52,716 bases of DNA from Ilumatobacter sp. (GCA_041596155.1 JBFHJC010000001.1:1-52716), one strand, 5' to 3'. Shown: positions 10,527-19,893, counted from the first letter of the stretch. Translations and numbers: made by a program. The notes: generated from the sequence alone by a model not told the origin.

Positions 10527-11960
10527 ATGGGGATCGCCGACGAGACACGGTGGATGGACGCGACGGAGCAGGCCGCGCTGGTGCGGTCGGGGGAGGCGAC
10601 GGCGGCGGAGCTGGTGGACGCCGCGATCGAGCGGATCGAGGAGCTGGACGATCCGATCAACGCCGTCGTCGTGCGGTGGTTCGAGCACGCCCGCGAGCTG
10701 GCGGTCGGTGAGCTCCCCGATGGTCCGTTCCGGGGCGTGCCCTTCCTCCTCAAGGACCTGTGGGCCAACTACGCGGGCCAGCCGATCACCAACGGCAACG
10801 TCGCGCTGCGCGCGGCGATGCCGGTGCCCGATGCCGACACGACGCTGGTCGCGCGGTTCCGCACGGCCGGCTTGGTGACGCTCGGTCGAACGAACAGCCC
10901 CGAGCTCGGCAGCCTGCCCACCACCGAACCGGTCGCGTACGGACCGACCCGGAACCCGTGGGGCCACGAGCGCTCGCCGGGCGGGTCGAGCGGCGGCGCA
11001 GCCGCGGCGGTCGCCGCCGGCATGGTGCCGATCGCCCACGCCTCCGACGGCGGCGGGTCGATCCGCATCCCGGCGTCATGTTGCGGCCTGGTCGGCCTGA
11101 AGCCGTCGCAGGGTCGCATCACCGTCGGTCCGCTCCGCGCCGAGTCGGGGCTCGGCGTCGAGCTCTGCGTGAGTCGCACGGTGCGCGACACCGCCGCGCT
11201 CCTCGACGCGGTACACGGCCCGGGCGTCGGCGACACCGTGATCGCCGCCCCGCCCGCGCGGTCCTACGTCGACGAGGTGGGTGCCGAACCAGGGCGGCTC
11301 CGCATCGGTCTGCTCGACGCCCACCCGCGTGGCGAGTACCTTCACGACGATTGTGCGACCGCGGTCCGCGATGCGGCGCGGCTGCTCGAGTCGCTCGGCC
11401 ACGACGTCACGCACGGCTTCCCGGCGCCGCTCGCCGATGCGTCGTTCACGGCGCGGTTCATGGCGATCTGGGGCGCCAACATGGCGCTCGGCATCGAGGG
11501 CTACGCAGCGCTGCTCGGTCGCGACCTCACCGAGGACGAGGTCGAGCCGGTGAACTGGGCGCAGGCCCGCCACGCCGAGCAGGTCACGTCGGTCGAGTAC
11601 GCCCGCGGCCTCGCCGCCACGGCGGAGTTCCGACGCGCGGTGCACCAGTGGTGGGCCGACGGCTTCGACCTCTTGCTGACGCCGACGCTGGCCGAACCGC
11701 CCGTCCGGATCGGAGAGCACGACCCGCGGCTCGATGACCCGATGGCTGGGATGCGCCGCGCGGCGAGGTGGGTTCCGTTCACGCCGCCGTTCAACGTCAC
11801 CGGACAGCCGGCGATCAACGTGCCGCTGCACTGGAACGAAGACGGGCTTCCCATCGGCGTGCAGCTGGTGGCGGCCTACGGGAGGGAGGACGTGCTGCTG
11901 CGGGTCGCGAGTCAGCTCGAATCAGCGTCTCCGTGGGCCGGCCGTCGCCCGCCCCGCTGA
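10527..11960 (+). CDS. Amidase signature family protein
   Basis: GVPFLLKD, SPGGSSGGAAAAVAAG, HASDGGGSIRIPASCCGLVGLKPS. Confidence 0.92.
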   Translation: MGIADETRWMDATEQAALVRSGEATAAELVDAAIERIEELDDPINAVVVRWFEHARELAVGELPDGPFRGVPFLLKDLWANYAGQPITNGNVALRAAMPVPDADTTLVARFRTAGLVTLGRTNSPELGSLPTTEPVAYGPTRNPWGHERSPGGSSGGAAAAVAAGMVPIAHASDGGGSIRIPASCCGLVGLKPSQGRITVGPLRAESGLGVELCVSRTVRDTAALLDAVHGPGVGDTVIAAPPARSYVDEVGAEPGRLRIGLLDAHPRGEYLHDDCATAVRDAARLLESLGHDVTHGFPAPLADASFTARFMAIWGANMALGIEGYAALLGRDLTEDEVEPVNWAQARHAEQVTSVEYARGLAATAEFRRAVHQWWADGFDLLLTPTLAEPPVRIGEHDPRLDDPMAGMRRAARWVPFTPPFNVTGQPAINVPLHWNEDGLPIGVQLVAAYGREDVLLRVASQLESASPWAGRRPPR

Positions 11961-12009
11961 CCTGCGGTCGTCGCAGCGGTCGGTGCGACGACGGTCACAG
12001 GTGGCACCG

Positions 12010-12036
12010 GGAACCGAGCGGTCGGCGCCGGCGTCT
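12010..12036 (+). promoter_or_regulatory. ECF sigma-type promoter
   Basis: GGAACC-N16-CGTCT, about 40 nt upstream of the 12078 ATG, which has an AGGAG SD. Confidence 0.55.
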
Positions 12037-12077
12037 GAAGAGGCGTCCTCCACCATCAACCGCACCAGGAGCCCACG

Positions 12078-12566
12078 ATGAACCTCACCCCCCGCCTCAC
12101 CCCCCGCCTCCGCCTCGTCGCCGTCGCCGCCGGTCTGGCGCTCGCCTCGGCGGGGATCGGCGCCGCTGTGATCGCCGCCGACGACGACGGCGCAGAGACC
12201 CCGATCCCGGTCGAGCCCGACGGTGGGATCGGTGACACCCCGATCCCGGTCGAGCCCGACGGTGGGATCGGTGACACCCCGATCCCGGTCGAGCCCGACG
12301 GTGGGATCGGTGACACGCCGACCGACCTGTTCCCCTCCGACGCCGCCCGGGACGAGGCGCACGGCCTGCTCGGCCGGTACGAGACCGACCTGCCGGCCGA
12401 CGTCCGCGTCGCTCGCAAGGGCACCGAGTGGCTCGCGCTCACCGCGGACTACCAGCTCGGTCGCATGACGGTCGAGCTCGATGACGACGGCGACGGCTAC
12501 CGGGTCACGACGGTCACGGTCGAGCTCCCGGACGGTCCCGAGACGTTCCACCTCACCGCCAGCTGA
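12078..12566 (+). CDS. Secreted protein with 13-aa tandem repeats and a possible protease-inhibitor-like (I78/I13) C-terminal domain
   Basis: N-terminal signal or anchor, (TPIPVEPDGGIGD)x3, C-terminal 'LLG...VRV.R......LTADY..GR.TVELDDDG...V'. AGGAG SD. Confidence 0.7.
   Translation: MNLTPRLTPRLRLVAVAAGLALASAGIGAAVIAADDDGAETPIPVEPDGGIGDTPIPVEPDGGIGDTPIPVEPDGGIGDTPTDLFPSDAARDEAHGLLGRYETDLPADVRVARKGTEWLALTADYQLGRMTVELDDDGDGYRVTTVTVELPDGPETFHLTAS
12198..12314 (+). repeat. Perfect 39-bp tandem repeat x3 (coding)
   Basis: accccgatcccggtcgagcccgacggtgggatcggtgac at 12198, 12237 and 12276. Confidence 0.95.
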
Positions 12567-12645
12567 GGATCTCCTCCCCGATCCCTCCCGCTAACGGGTG
12601 CCGACCGATCGGTCGGCACCCGTTCGTGCGCGCGACACTCGCCGG

Positions 12646-13374
12646 ATGGCCGACGAGCGTCGTGACGTCCCCGACCTCCTGACCGGCATCGCGACGACGC
12701 GGGCGATCCGGCGCCTCGCGCCCGACCCGATCCCCGACGACGACCTCACCGCGATCCTCTGGCACGCGACGCGGGCGCCCTCGGGCACGAACCGCCAGCC
12801 CGCCCGCTTCGTGGTGCTGCGCGCCGGACCGGAGGCCGCGGCGGCGAAGTCGTTGCTCGCCCGTGGCTTCCGAGAGGGATGGGCCGCGAAGGCCCGGTCG
12901 GACGGTTACGAGTCGGGCTCCGCGCTCGATCCGGCGTCGCGCAAGGGCCGGCAGCGGGCGGCGATGCAGCACCTCGTCGACCACTTCGAGGACGTGCCGG
13001 TCGTGGTGCTCGCCTGTCTGGTTCGGTACCGGCCGGCGAATCCGTACGAGGGCGGCTCGGTGTACCCCGCTTGCCAGAACCTGCTGCTCGCGGCGCGAGC
13101 GCTCGGCTACGGCGGTGTCATGACCGGTTGGCACGCACCGGTCGAGGACGAGCTGCGCGATCTGCTCCGCATCCCCGACGGCGTGGCGATCTCGGCGACG
13201 ATTCCGCTCGGCCGCCCGCTCGGTGCCCACGGCCCCGTGCGGCGGCGACCGCTCCACGAGGTCGTCTTCGACGGCCGGTGGGAGGCGCCGGCGGACTGGG
13301 CGTCCGACCCGGATGGAACGCGGTTCGCCGGTCCACCACCGGAACCGACGTCGGCGGGCGGCTCCGGGAGCTAG
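12646..13374 (+). CDS. Nitroreductase family protein
   Basis: TTRAIRRL.PDPIP, ATRAPSGTNRQP.RFVV, SVYPACQNLLLAARALGYG. Confidence 0.88.
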   Translation: MADERRDVPDLLTGIATTRAIRRLAPDPIPDDDLTAILWHATRAPSGTNRQPARFVVLRAGPEAAAAKSLLARGFREGWAAKARSDGYESGSALDPASRKGRQRAAMQHLVDHFEDVPVVVLACLVRYRPANPYEGGSVYPACQNLLLAARALGYGGVMTGWHAPVEDELRDLLRIPDGVAISATIPLGRPLGAHGPVRRRPLHEVVFDGRWEAPADWASDPDGTRFAGPPPEPTSAGGSGS

Positions 13375-13384
13375 GTTCGCCGCC

Positions 13385-14086
13385 GTGAGCGAGCCACGGC
13401 AGTTCCGCCAACACCGCTTCGTGCCGGCGGGGGATGCATGCGAGATCCTGCTCGTTCGCCACGGCGAATCGGCACCGTTCGTCGACGGCGAGTCGTTCCC
13501 GCTGGTCGGCGGTCACGCCGATCCGCCGCTCCATCCCGACGGCCATCGCCAGGCCGAACAGGTCGCCGCCCGCCTGGTCGCCACCGGCGAGCGCATCGCG
13601 GCGATCTACGTGACCACCCTGCAGCGCACGGCGCAGACCGCGGCACCGCTCGCTCGCCGGCTCGGGCTCGAGCCGAAGGTCGAACCGGAGCTGCGCGAGG
13701 TCTACCTCGGCCAGTGGGAGGGTGGCCTCCTGCGCAAGAAGGTCGCCGACGGCGACCCGATCGCGCAGCGGCTCTACGAGGAACAGCGCTGGGACGTCAT
13801 CCCCGACGGCGAGTCCGCCGACGAGTTCGCAGCGCGGGTGCGGCGCGGCATCGAGCGCATCGCAAAGGCCCATCCCGGCGAGCTGGTCGTTGCGGTCGTG
13901 CACGGGGGCGTCATCGGCCAGGTCATGAACCTGGCGGCGCGCACGGACGGGTTCGCGTTCAACGGAGCCGACAATGCGTCGATCTCACATCTCGTGGTCG
14001 ACCCGCATCGCTGGATCGTGCGCTGCTACAACGACACCAGCCATCTCAGCTCGCGTTTCAGCACCGCCCCCGAACCCCTGACGTAA
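13385..14086 (+). CDS. Histidine phosphatase (phosphoglycerate mutase-like) family protein
   Basis: LLVRHGES, LQRTAQTA, LREVYLGQWEG, VHGGVI, NDTSHL. Confidence 0.9.
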   Translation: MSEPRQFRQHRFVPAGDACEILLVRHGESAPFVDGESFPLVGGHADPPLHPDGHRQAEQVAARLVATGERIAAIYVTTLQRTAQTAAPLARRLGLEPKVEPELREVYLGQWEGGLLRKKVADGDPIAQRLYEEQRWDVIPDGESADEFAARVRRGIERIAKAHPGELVVAVVHGGVIGQVMNLAARTDGFAFNGADNASISHLVVDPHRWIVRCYNDTSHLSSRFSTAPEPLT

Positions 14087-14114
14087 CGAAAGGTGCCAGG
14101 CACCTTTCGTTACG
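14082..14114. terminator. Perfect 16-bp-arm palindrome spanning both stop codons of convergent genes
   Basis: cgtaacgaaaggtgcc-a-ggcacctttcgttacg. Includes TAA 14084-14086 (+) and TAA 14110-14112 (-). Confidence 0.7.
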
Positions 14115-15327
14115 CGCGGGTCGTGCCGACCTTCAGGTCCTTGAACGGCACGTCGCGGTCGACGGCCGGTTCGCGGGGGAGGCCGAGCACGCGGTCGCCG
14201 ATGATGTTGCGCTGGATCTCGTCGGTGCCACCGGCGATGCTCGACGCGAACGAGCCGACCACCTGGGTGGCCAGGTCGGCACCCTGCCGGTCGCCGGTCT
14301 CCCATGCCTGCGAGCCCGCGCCCGCCATCTCGAGCGCGATCTCGCGGAACCGCCAGGCGATCACCGATCCGGCGAGCTTGCCGAGCGAGCCGCCGGGCCC
14401 GGGCGCCTTGCCGGCCTTCAGCTCGGCGCGGGTCCGCATCGCGACGAGCGACTTCGTCGTCTCCATGCAGTAGATCTGCATCAGCTGGTCGCGCACGACC
14501 GGATCGCCGACCACGCCACCCGCCCGGGCGGCGGCGAGCAAGGTGTCGTACATCGGCTGGCTGATCGACCCCGAACCCATCGATCCGATCGCCACCCGCT
14601 CGTACATCAGCATCGCTGTCGCCTGGCGCCAGCCGTTGTTGTACTCCCCGAGGAGGTTGTCGGCAGGGATCCGGACGTCGGTGAAGAACACCTCGTTGAA
14701 GTGGCGGCCACCGTCGATCTGGTGGATCGGGCGGATGTCGACCCCCGGCGCGCCCAGATCGACGATGAACATCGAGATGCCGGCGTGCTTGGGCTGGTCG
14801 GGATCGGTGCGGGCGATGATCACGCCGTAGTCCGACTCGTGGGCGAGCGTCGTCCACACCTTCTGACCGTTGAGGATCCACTCGTCGCCGTCGCGTTCGG
14901 CGCGAGTCTGGAGGCTGGCGACGTCGGATCCGGCGCCGGGCTCGGAGAACATCTGGCACCACACGGTGCGGGCGGCGATGTTGTCGGGCATGAACGAGCG
15001 CTTCTGCTCGTCGGTGCCGAACTCGTGGAGAACCGGCAGGCACATGCCGTGGCTGATCACGAGCTCGCCGGTCATCGCTGGGTACTGCTGCGACGCCTGG
15101 CGCCAGATGCGTTCGTGCTCGAGCGTGAGGCCGGCCCCGCCGTACTCCGTCGGGTAGGGGAGGCCGGCCAGACCGGCGGCAGCCAGCGCCCCCTGGAACT
15201 CCCGCGCCGCAGCCAGGTTGCGCCGGGCGCCGGGCTTGGCGTGCTCTCGGAGGAACTCGTGGCAGCGCTCACGGAACGCGGCGGCCTCCTCGGCCGTCAT
15301 CGGTCCGGCGGTCGCGGTGTCGGTCAT
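14110..15327 (-). CDS. Acyl-CoA dehydrogenase family protein
   Basis: WCQMFSEPGAGSDVASL, NGQKVWTT, FNEVFFTDV, SIAGGTDEIQRNIIGDRVLGLP. GAGGAGG SD. Confidence 0.93.
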   Translation of the reverse strand: MTDTATAGPMTAEEAAAFRERCHEFLREHAKPGARRNLAAAREFQGALAAAGLAGLPYPTEYGGAGLTLEHERIWRQASQQYPAMTGELVISHGMCLPVLHEFGTDEQKRSFMPDNIAARTVWCQMFSEPGAGSDVASLQTRAERDGDEWILNGQKVWTTLAHESDYGVIIARTDPDQPKHAGISMFIVDLGAPGVDIRPIHQIDGGRHFNEVFFTDVRIPADNLLGEYNNGWRQATAMLMYERVAIGSMGSGSISQPMYDTLLAAARAGGVVGDPVVRDQLMQIYCMETTKSLVAMRTRAELKAGKAPGPGGSLGKLAGSVIAWRFREIALEMAGAGSQAWETGDRQGADLATQVVGSFASSIAGGTDEIQRNIIGDRVLGLPREPAVDRDVPFKDLKVGTTRA

Positions 15328-15399
15328 CAGGCCTCCTCGGGCCGCGGGCGGTCACCCGGGTTGGTCAACCGTGCGATTGGTCATCGTACGGAGCAGAAC

Positions 15400-15415
15400 T
15401 GTATGGTGACATACA
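15400..15415. promoter_or_regulatory. Inverted repeat, candidate MarR operator
   Basis: TGTATG-GTGA-CATACA in the divergent ACAD/marR intergenic region, 3 nt before the marR ATG. Confidence 0.55.
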
Positions 15416-15418
15416 ATC

Positions 15419-15940
15419 ATGCGAGCGACCGACACGACGACCCGGGGAGGCCAGCCGGCCCACGAGCTCGACGCACCGCCGTGGCGCCGCGTCGAGAGCA
15501 CGCTCATGGCGACGGCCAATGCGATCCGTGCCGCGTACGACGAGCGTCTCGCCTCGCTCGGGCTCAACCTGAGCAACGCCAGCCTGCTCGCCTACATCAA
15601 CGAATTCGGCCCGGTATCACAGACGCGGGCCGCCGAGCACCTCGGTCAGGGTCGCGCCGTCACGGGCACCCACGTCGACCGGCTCGAAGCGCTCGGTCTC
15701 GTCGAGCGCCGGCCCGACCCGGACGACCGACGGGTGTGGCTGGTGGCCGCGACCCATCGCGGACGCGAGATCGGCGACGCGATCGCCGACTGTGACCGCA
15801 TCCTGCGGGCCGAGCTGCGAGCCGGCATCTCCCGTGACGACCGCCAAGCGCTCGCCGCCCTCCTCGTCCGCCTCCAACGCAACCTCCGCCGATCCACCAT
15901 CGAACCCCAGCCCAACGACCCGCAGGGAGACACCTCATGA
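15419..15940 (+). CDS. MarR-family transcriptional regulator
   Basis: VDRLEALGLVERRPDPDDRRVWLV winged-helix motif. ATGA overlap with the thiolase. Confidence 0.9.
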   Translation: MRATDTTTRGGQPAHELDAPPWRRVESTLMATANAIRAAYDERLASLGLNLSNASLLAYINEFGPVSQTRAAEHLGQGRAVTGTHVDRLEALGLVERRPDPDDRRVWLVAATHRGREIGDAIADCDRILRAELRAGISRDDRQALAALLVRLQRNLRRSTIEPQPNDPQGDTS

Positions 15941-17121
15941 CCAACGCAGTGATCGTCGACGCCGTCCGCACGCCGGGCGGGCGACGCAACGGCATGCTCA
16001 AGGACTGGCACCCCGCCGAGCTCGCCGCCCACGTCCTCAAGGCGCTCCAGGCGCGCACCGGTCTCGACCCGGCCGTCGTCGACGACGTCATCATGGGCTG
16101 CGTCATGCAGGTGGGTGAGCAGTCGCTCAACATCGGCCGCAACGCCGTGCTCGCCGCCGGTTGGCCCGAGTCGGTGCCCGCCACCACGGTCGACCGCCAG
16201 TGCGGTTCCAGCCAGCAGGCCCTGCACTTCGCGGCCCAAGGGGTCATCGCCGGCGCCTACGACGTCGCGGTCGCCGCCGGCGTCGAGGTGATGACGCGCA
16301 CGCCGATGGGCGCGTCGATCGTCCAGGGCCTCGGCTTCCCGTTCCCGCAGGTCATGCAGGACCGCTACGCCGACACCGGGCTGCCGCCGCAGGGCATCGG
16401 CGCCGAGATGATCGCCGACGAGTTCGGCTTCAGTCGCGCCGACCTCGACGCGTTCGGCGCCGAGAGCCAGCGCCGCGCCGCCCAAGCCACGGCCGAGGGC
16501 CGCTTCGAGCGCGAGATCGTGCCGGTGCCGGTCGAGCTCGACGGCCGGGCCGAGACGATGATCCGCGACGAGGGCATCCGAGAGGGGACGACCGCCGAGA
16601 CGCTCGCGAACCTCAAGCCGGCCTTCAAGGAGGACGGCAAGATCACCGCCGGCAACTCCTCGCAGATCTCCGACGGGGCGTCGGCCGTGCTCGTGATGAG
16701 CGAGGAGAAGGCGGCCGCGCTCGGTCTCACACCGCTGGCTCGGTTCCACAGCTTCGCCGTCGCCGGCACCGACCCGGTCACGATGCTCAAGGGGCCGATC
16801 CCGGCCACCGAGAAGATCCTGGCCCGGTCGGGCTTGTCGATCGACGACATCGACCTGTTCGAGGTCAACGAGGCGTTCGCCTCGGTGCCGCTCGCGTGGG
16901 CGAGGACCTTCGCCGGGGCGGACATGGAGAAGCTGCTCGCCCGCACGAACGTCAACGGCGGGGCGATCGCACTCGGTCACCCGCTCGGCTGCTCGGGCAC
17001 CAAGCTGATGGCCACGCTCGTGCACGAACTCGATCGAACCGGCGGCCGCTACGGTCTGCAGACGATGTGCGAGGGCGGCGGCCTCGCGAACGCCACCATC
17101 ATCGAGAGGATGGGTTCCTGA
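15937..17121 (+). CDS. Acetyl-CoA C-acyltransferase (thiolase)
   Basis: TVDRQCGSSQQA, EVNEAFA, NVNGGAIALGHPLG, TMCEGGG. Confidence 0.95.
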   Translation: MTNAVIVDAVRTPGGRRNGMLKDWHPAELAAHVLKALQARTGLDPAVVDDVIMGCVMQVGEQSLNIGRNAVLAAGWPESVPATTVDRQCGSSQQALHFAAQGVIAGAYDVAVAAGVEVMTRTPMGASIVQGLGFPFPQVMQDRYADTGLPPQGIGAEMIADEFGFSRADLDAFGAESQRRAAQATAEGRFEREIVPVPVELDGRAETMIRDEGIREGTTAETLANLKPAFKEDGKITAGNSSQISDGASAVLVMSEEKAAALGLTPLARFHSFAVAGTDPVTMLKGPIPATEKILARSGLSIDDIDLFEVNEAFASVPLAWARTFAGADMEKLLARTNVNGGAIALGHPLGCSGTKLMATLVHELDRTGGRYGLQTMCEGGGLANATIIERMGS

Positions 17122-17900
17122 TGCCGCGCATGAACCTCGAGGGCTCGTCCTCCATCGTCACCGGTGGTGCGTCGGGCATCGGTGAGGCGTCGGCCCGCCA
17201 GCTCGCCGCGCTCGGCAGCCGCGTCGTGATCGCCGACCTCCAGGAGGAGCGTGGGCAGCAGGTCGCCAGCGAGGTCGGCGGGCTGTTCGTGAAGTGCGAC
17301 GTCTCCAGCGAGGACGACGGGAAGGCAGCCGTCGCGGCGGCGTCGGAGATGGGGCCACTGCGGGCGCTGGTGAACTCTGCTGGTCTCGGCCGGGCTGCTC
17401 GCACGGTCGACCGCAACAACGAGCCGATGCCGCAGGACGTCTTCGACTTCGTGATCAAGGTCAACCTGCTCGGGTCGTTCAACATGCTCCGGCTGTCGGC
17501 GGCGGCGATGGCCAAGACCGACCCGGTCGACGCCGACGGCAGCCGTGGCGCGATCGTCAACATGGCGTCGGCGGCGGCGTTCGACGGCCAGATCGGACAG
17601 GCCGCCTACTCGGCGTCGAAGGGCGGCGTCGTCGGGATGACGCTCCCGATCGCCCGCGACCTGTCCGCGGTGGGTGTCCGCGTCAACACGATCGCCCCCG
17701 GCCTCATCGACACGCCGATCTACGGCGAGGGCGAGGCATCCGAGCAGTTCAAGGCGCACCTCGGACAGTCGGTCCTCTTCCCGAAGCGGCTCGGCTCCGC
17801 CGAGGAGCTGGCGTTCATGGTGATCGAGCTCATCACGAACCCGTACATGAACGCCGAGGTGGTGCGCGTCGACGGCGGCATCCGCATGCCGCCCAAGTGA
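17121..17900 (+). CDS. SDR oxidoreductase, 3-hydroxyacyl-CoA dehydrogenase type II (HSD17B10-like)
   Basis: TGGASGIG, AAFDGQIGQAAYSASKGG, NPYMNAEVVRVDGGIRMPPK. TGATG coupling to the thiolase. Confidence 0.92.
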   Translation: MPRMNLEGSSSIVTGGASGIGEASARQLAALGSRVVIADLQEERGQQVASEVGGLFVKCDVSSEDDGKAAVAAASEMGPLRALVNSAGLGRAARTVDRNNEPMPQDVFDFVIKVNLLGSFNMLRLSAAAMAKTDPVDADGSRGAIVNMASAAAFDGQIGQAAYSASKGGVVGMTLPIARDLSAVGVRVNTIAPGLIDTPIYGEGEASEQFKAHLGQSVLFPKRLGSAEELAFMVIELITNPYMNAEVVRVDGGIRMPPK

Positions 17901-17934
17901 CCCGCGCGGCCCGCACCGCGAGGGGCGCGTCCAC

Positions 17935-18621
17935 CTAGCGGACGATCTCGCCCAGCGAAATTCGCAGCGCGTGCAGGAACTCCTCGGCGATCGCCCGATC
18001 GCCCGACTCGAACTCGAACGTGTCCGGGCCCGGCCCGGGGACCGGGACGACGCGCAGCTTGATCATCGTGCTCGAGACGAGGGCGTCGGGTGGCTCGACG
18101 ACCCCGGCGCGGACCTCCACGCCGCCCGCGCCCCCGAACTCGATCGTCAGCGAGTCCTCGTCGAGGCGGAGCCCGACGCGCCGTCGCGTCGCGGGCATCT
18201 CGCCGCGGCCGAGCATCGCTTGAAACGCCATGGCCATGCTCCGGGCGGCGCGCAGGGGTCGTGGATCGCTGCCCGGCACCGGGCCGGCGGCAGCCCCCCA
18301 CAGGCCGAGCAGCTCGAGCGGTCGGCGGAGTCCGTGGCCGAGCGGCGTGAGCGCGTACGTCGCGCCGCCCCGTTCGTGGCGGCGCTCCACGACGCCGCTC
18401 GCCTCCAGCTTGCGGAGCCGGATCGTGAGCAGGTTGCTCGCGATGCCGGGCAACGCATCCTTCAGCTCGCTGAACCGAGCCGGGCCACCGAGCAGCTCGC
18501 GCACGATCAGCATCGACCAGCGGTCGCCGACGTGGTCGAGGGCGATCGCGAGCGGACAGAGCTGCTGGTAGCTCTTGCCGAGCGGCTCAGCGAGCGATGC
18601 GGGCGTGCGTGTCGCGGCCAT
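17935..18621 (-). CDS. HxlR-family winged-helix transcriptional regulator
   Basis: Y.Q.CPLAIALDHVGDRWSMLIVRELL.GP.RFSEL...LPGIA.NLL..RLR.LE..G.V. Confidence 0.88.
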   Translation of the reverse strand: MAATRTPASLAEPLGKSYQQLCPLAIALDHVGDRWSMLIVRELLGGPARFSELKDALPGIASNLLTIRLRKLEASGVVERRHERGGATYALTPLGHGLRRPLELLGLWGAAAGPVPGSDPRPLRAARSMAMAFQAMLGRGEMPATRRRVGLRLDEDSLTIEFGGAGGVEVRAGVVEPPDALVSSTMIKLRVVPVPGPGPDTFEFESGDRAIAEEFLHALRISLGEIVR

Positions 18622-18640
18622 GGGCGATTACCAACGTAGG

Positions 18641-18655
18641 GTTGAAAAAGTCAAC
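18641..18655. promoter_or_regulatory. Inverted repeat, candidate HxlR autoregulatory operator
   Basis: GTTGA-AAAAG-TCAAC, AT-rich, 20 nt upstream of the hxlR-like start. Confidence 0.5.
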
Positions 18656-18690
18656 TGTCCACCTTCTCAACCGGGCGTCGCGCCGACGCG

Positions 18691-19893
18691 TCACGTCCGC
18701 TCGAGTGCGACGGCGATGCCCTGGCCGACGCCGATGCACATCGTCGCGAGCGCCCGACGAGCATCCCGCTCGTGCAGCTCGAGGGCGGCGGTGCCCGTGA
18801 TGCGGGCACCCGACATCCCGAGGGGGTGACCGAGCGCGATGGCCCCACCGTTCGGATTGACGTGCTCCGCGTCGTCGGCGATGCCGAGCTCGCGGAGGAC
18901 GGCGAGTCCCTGGGCGGCGAATGCCTCGTTGAGCTCGACGACGTCGAAGTCGCCGGGCTCCATGCCGAGCCGGGTGCACAACCTCCGGGTCGCGGGCGCG
19001 GGCCCGATCCCCATGATCCGCGGCGACACACCCGCCGTGGCACCGGCGACGATGCGGGCGATCGGCGTCAGGCCGTGGCGTGCAGCCGCCTGTTCGCCGG
19101 CGATGATCAGGGCCGCCGCGCCGTCGTTCACGCCCGACGCGTTGCCGGCGGTGACGGTGCCGCCGGCACGGAACGGCGTCGGCAGCGCGGCGAGCTGGTC
19201 GAGCGAGGTGTCGCGCGGGTGCTCGTCGGTGTCGACCACCACCGGATCGCCCCTGCGCCGGGGAACGGTGACCGGCACGATCTCCTTGGCGAGGCGCCCG
19301 TTCGCCTGGGCCTTGGCGGCCCGCTGCTGCGACGCGAGTGCGAACAGGTCCTGGTCGGCGCGGGCGACCCCGAACTCGTCGGCGACGTTCTCGGCGGTCT
19401 CGGGCATCGAGTCGATGCCGTACTGGTCGCGCAGGATCGGGTTGACGAACCGCCAGCCGATCGTCGTGTCGTAGATCTCGGCGTTGCGCGAGAACGCCGT
19501 GTCGGCCTTGGGCATCACGAACGGCGCCCGGCTCATCGACTCGGTGCCGCCGGCGACGACCAGCTCGGCGTCACCTGCCCGGATCATCCGCGCGGCGGTG
19601 AGCACCGCGTCCATCCCCGAACCGCACAGCCGGTTGATCGTCGCACCGGGCACCGACTCGGGCAGGCCGGCCAGGAGCACGGCCATGCGGGCGACGTTGC
19701 GGTTGTCCTCGCCCGCTTGGTTGGCGCAGCCGACGAACACGTCGTCGACCGCCTCCCAGTCGACACCCGGGTTGCGGTGGACGAGGGCGCGCAACGTCGT
19801 CGCCATCAGATCGTCGGGCCGCACGGTCGCCAACGCGCCGCCGAAGCGGCCGATCGGGGTGCGGACGTAGTCGCAGATGAAGGCGTCGGCCAT
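18691..19893 (-). CDS. pcaF: 3-oxoadipyl-CoA thiolase (PcaF/PaaJ-like)
   Basis: MADAFICDYVRTPIGRFGG, GCANQAGEDNRNVARM, TINRLCGSG, DTTIGWRFVNP, DSMPETAENVA, TMCIGVGQG. Confidence 0.88.
   Translation of the reverse strand: MADAFICDYVRTPIGRFGGALATVRPDDLMATTLRALVHRNPGVDWEAVDDVFVGCANQAGEDNRNVARMAVLLAGLPESVPGATINRLCGSGMDAVLTAARMIRAGDAELVVAGGTESMSRAPFVMPKADTAFSRNAEIYDTTIGWRFVNPILRDQYGIDSMPETAENVADEFGVARADQDLFALASQQRAAKAQANGRLAKEIVPVTVPRRRGDPVVVDTDEHPRDTSLDQLAALPTPFRAGGTVTAGNASGVNDGAAALIIAGEQAAARHGLTPIARIVAGATAGVSPRIMGIGPAPATRRLCTRLGMEPGDFDVVELNEAFAAQGLAVLRELGIADDAEHVNPNGGAIALGHPLGMSGARITGTAALELHERDARRALATMCIGVGQGIAVALERT

Noticed and set aside
12198-12314. CRISPR array
   Set aside because: In-frame coding tandem repeat with no spacers.
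16161-17900. 579-aa SDR ORF, and likewise 31035-32006, 31352-32761 and 24516-25946
   Set aside because: Over-extended starts. Real starts are at coupled TGATG/ATGA/GTGA/TAATG overlaps, and no slippery sites suggest frameshift fusions there.
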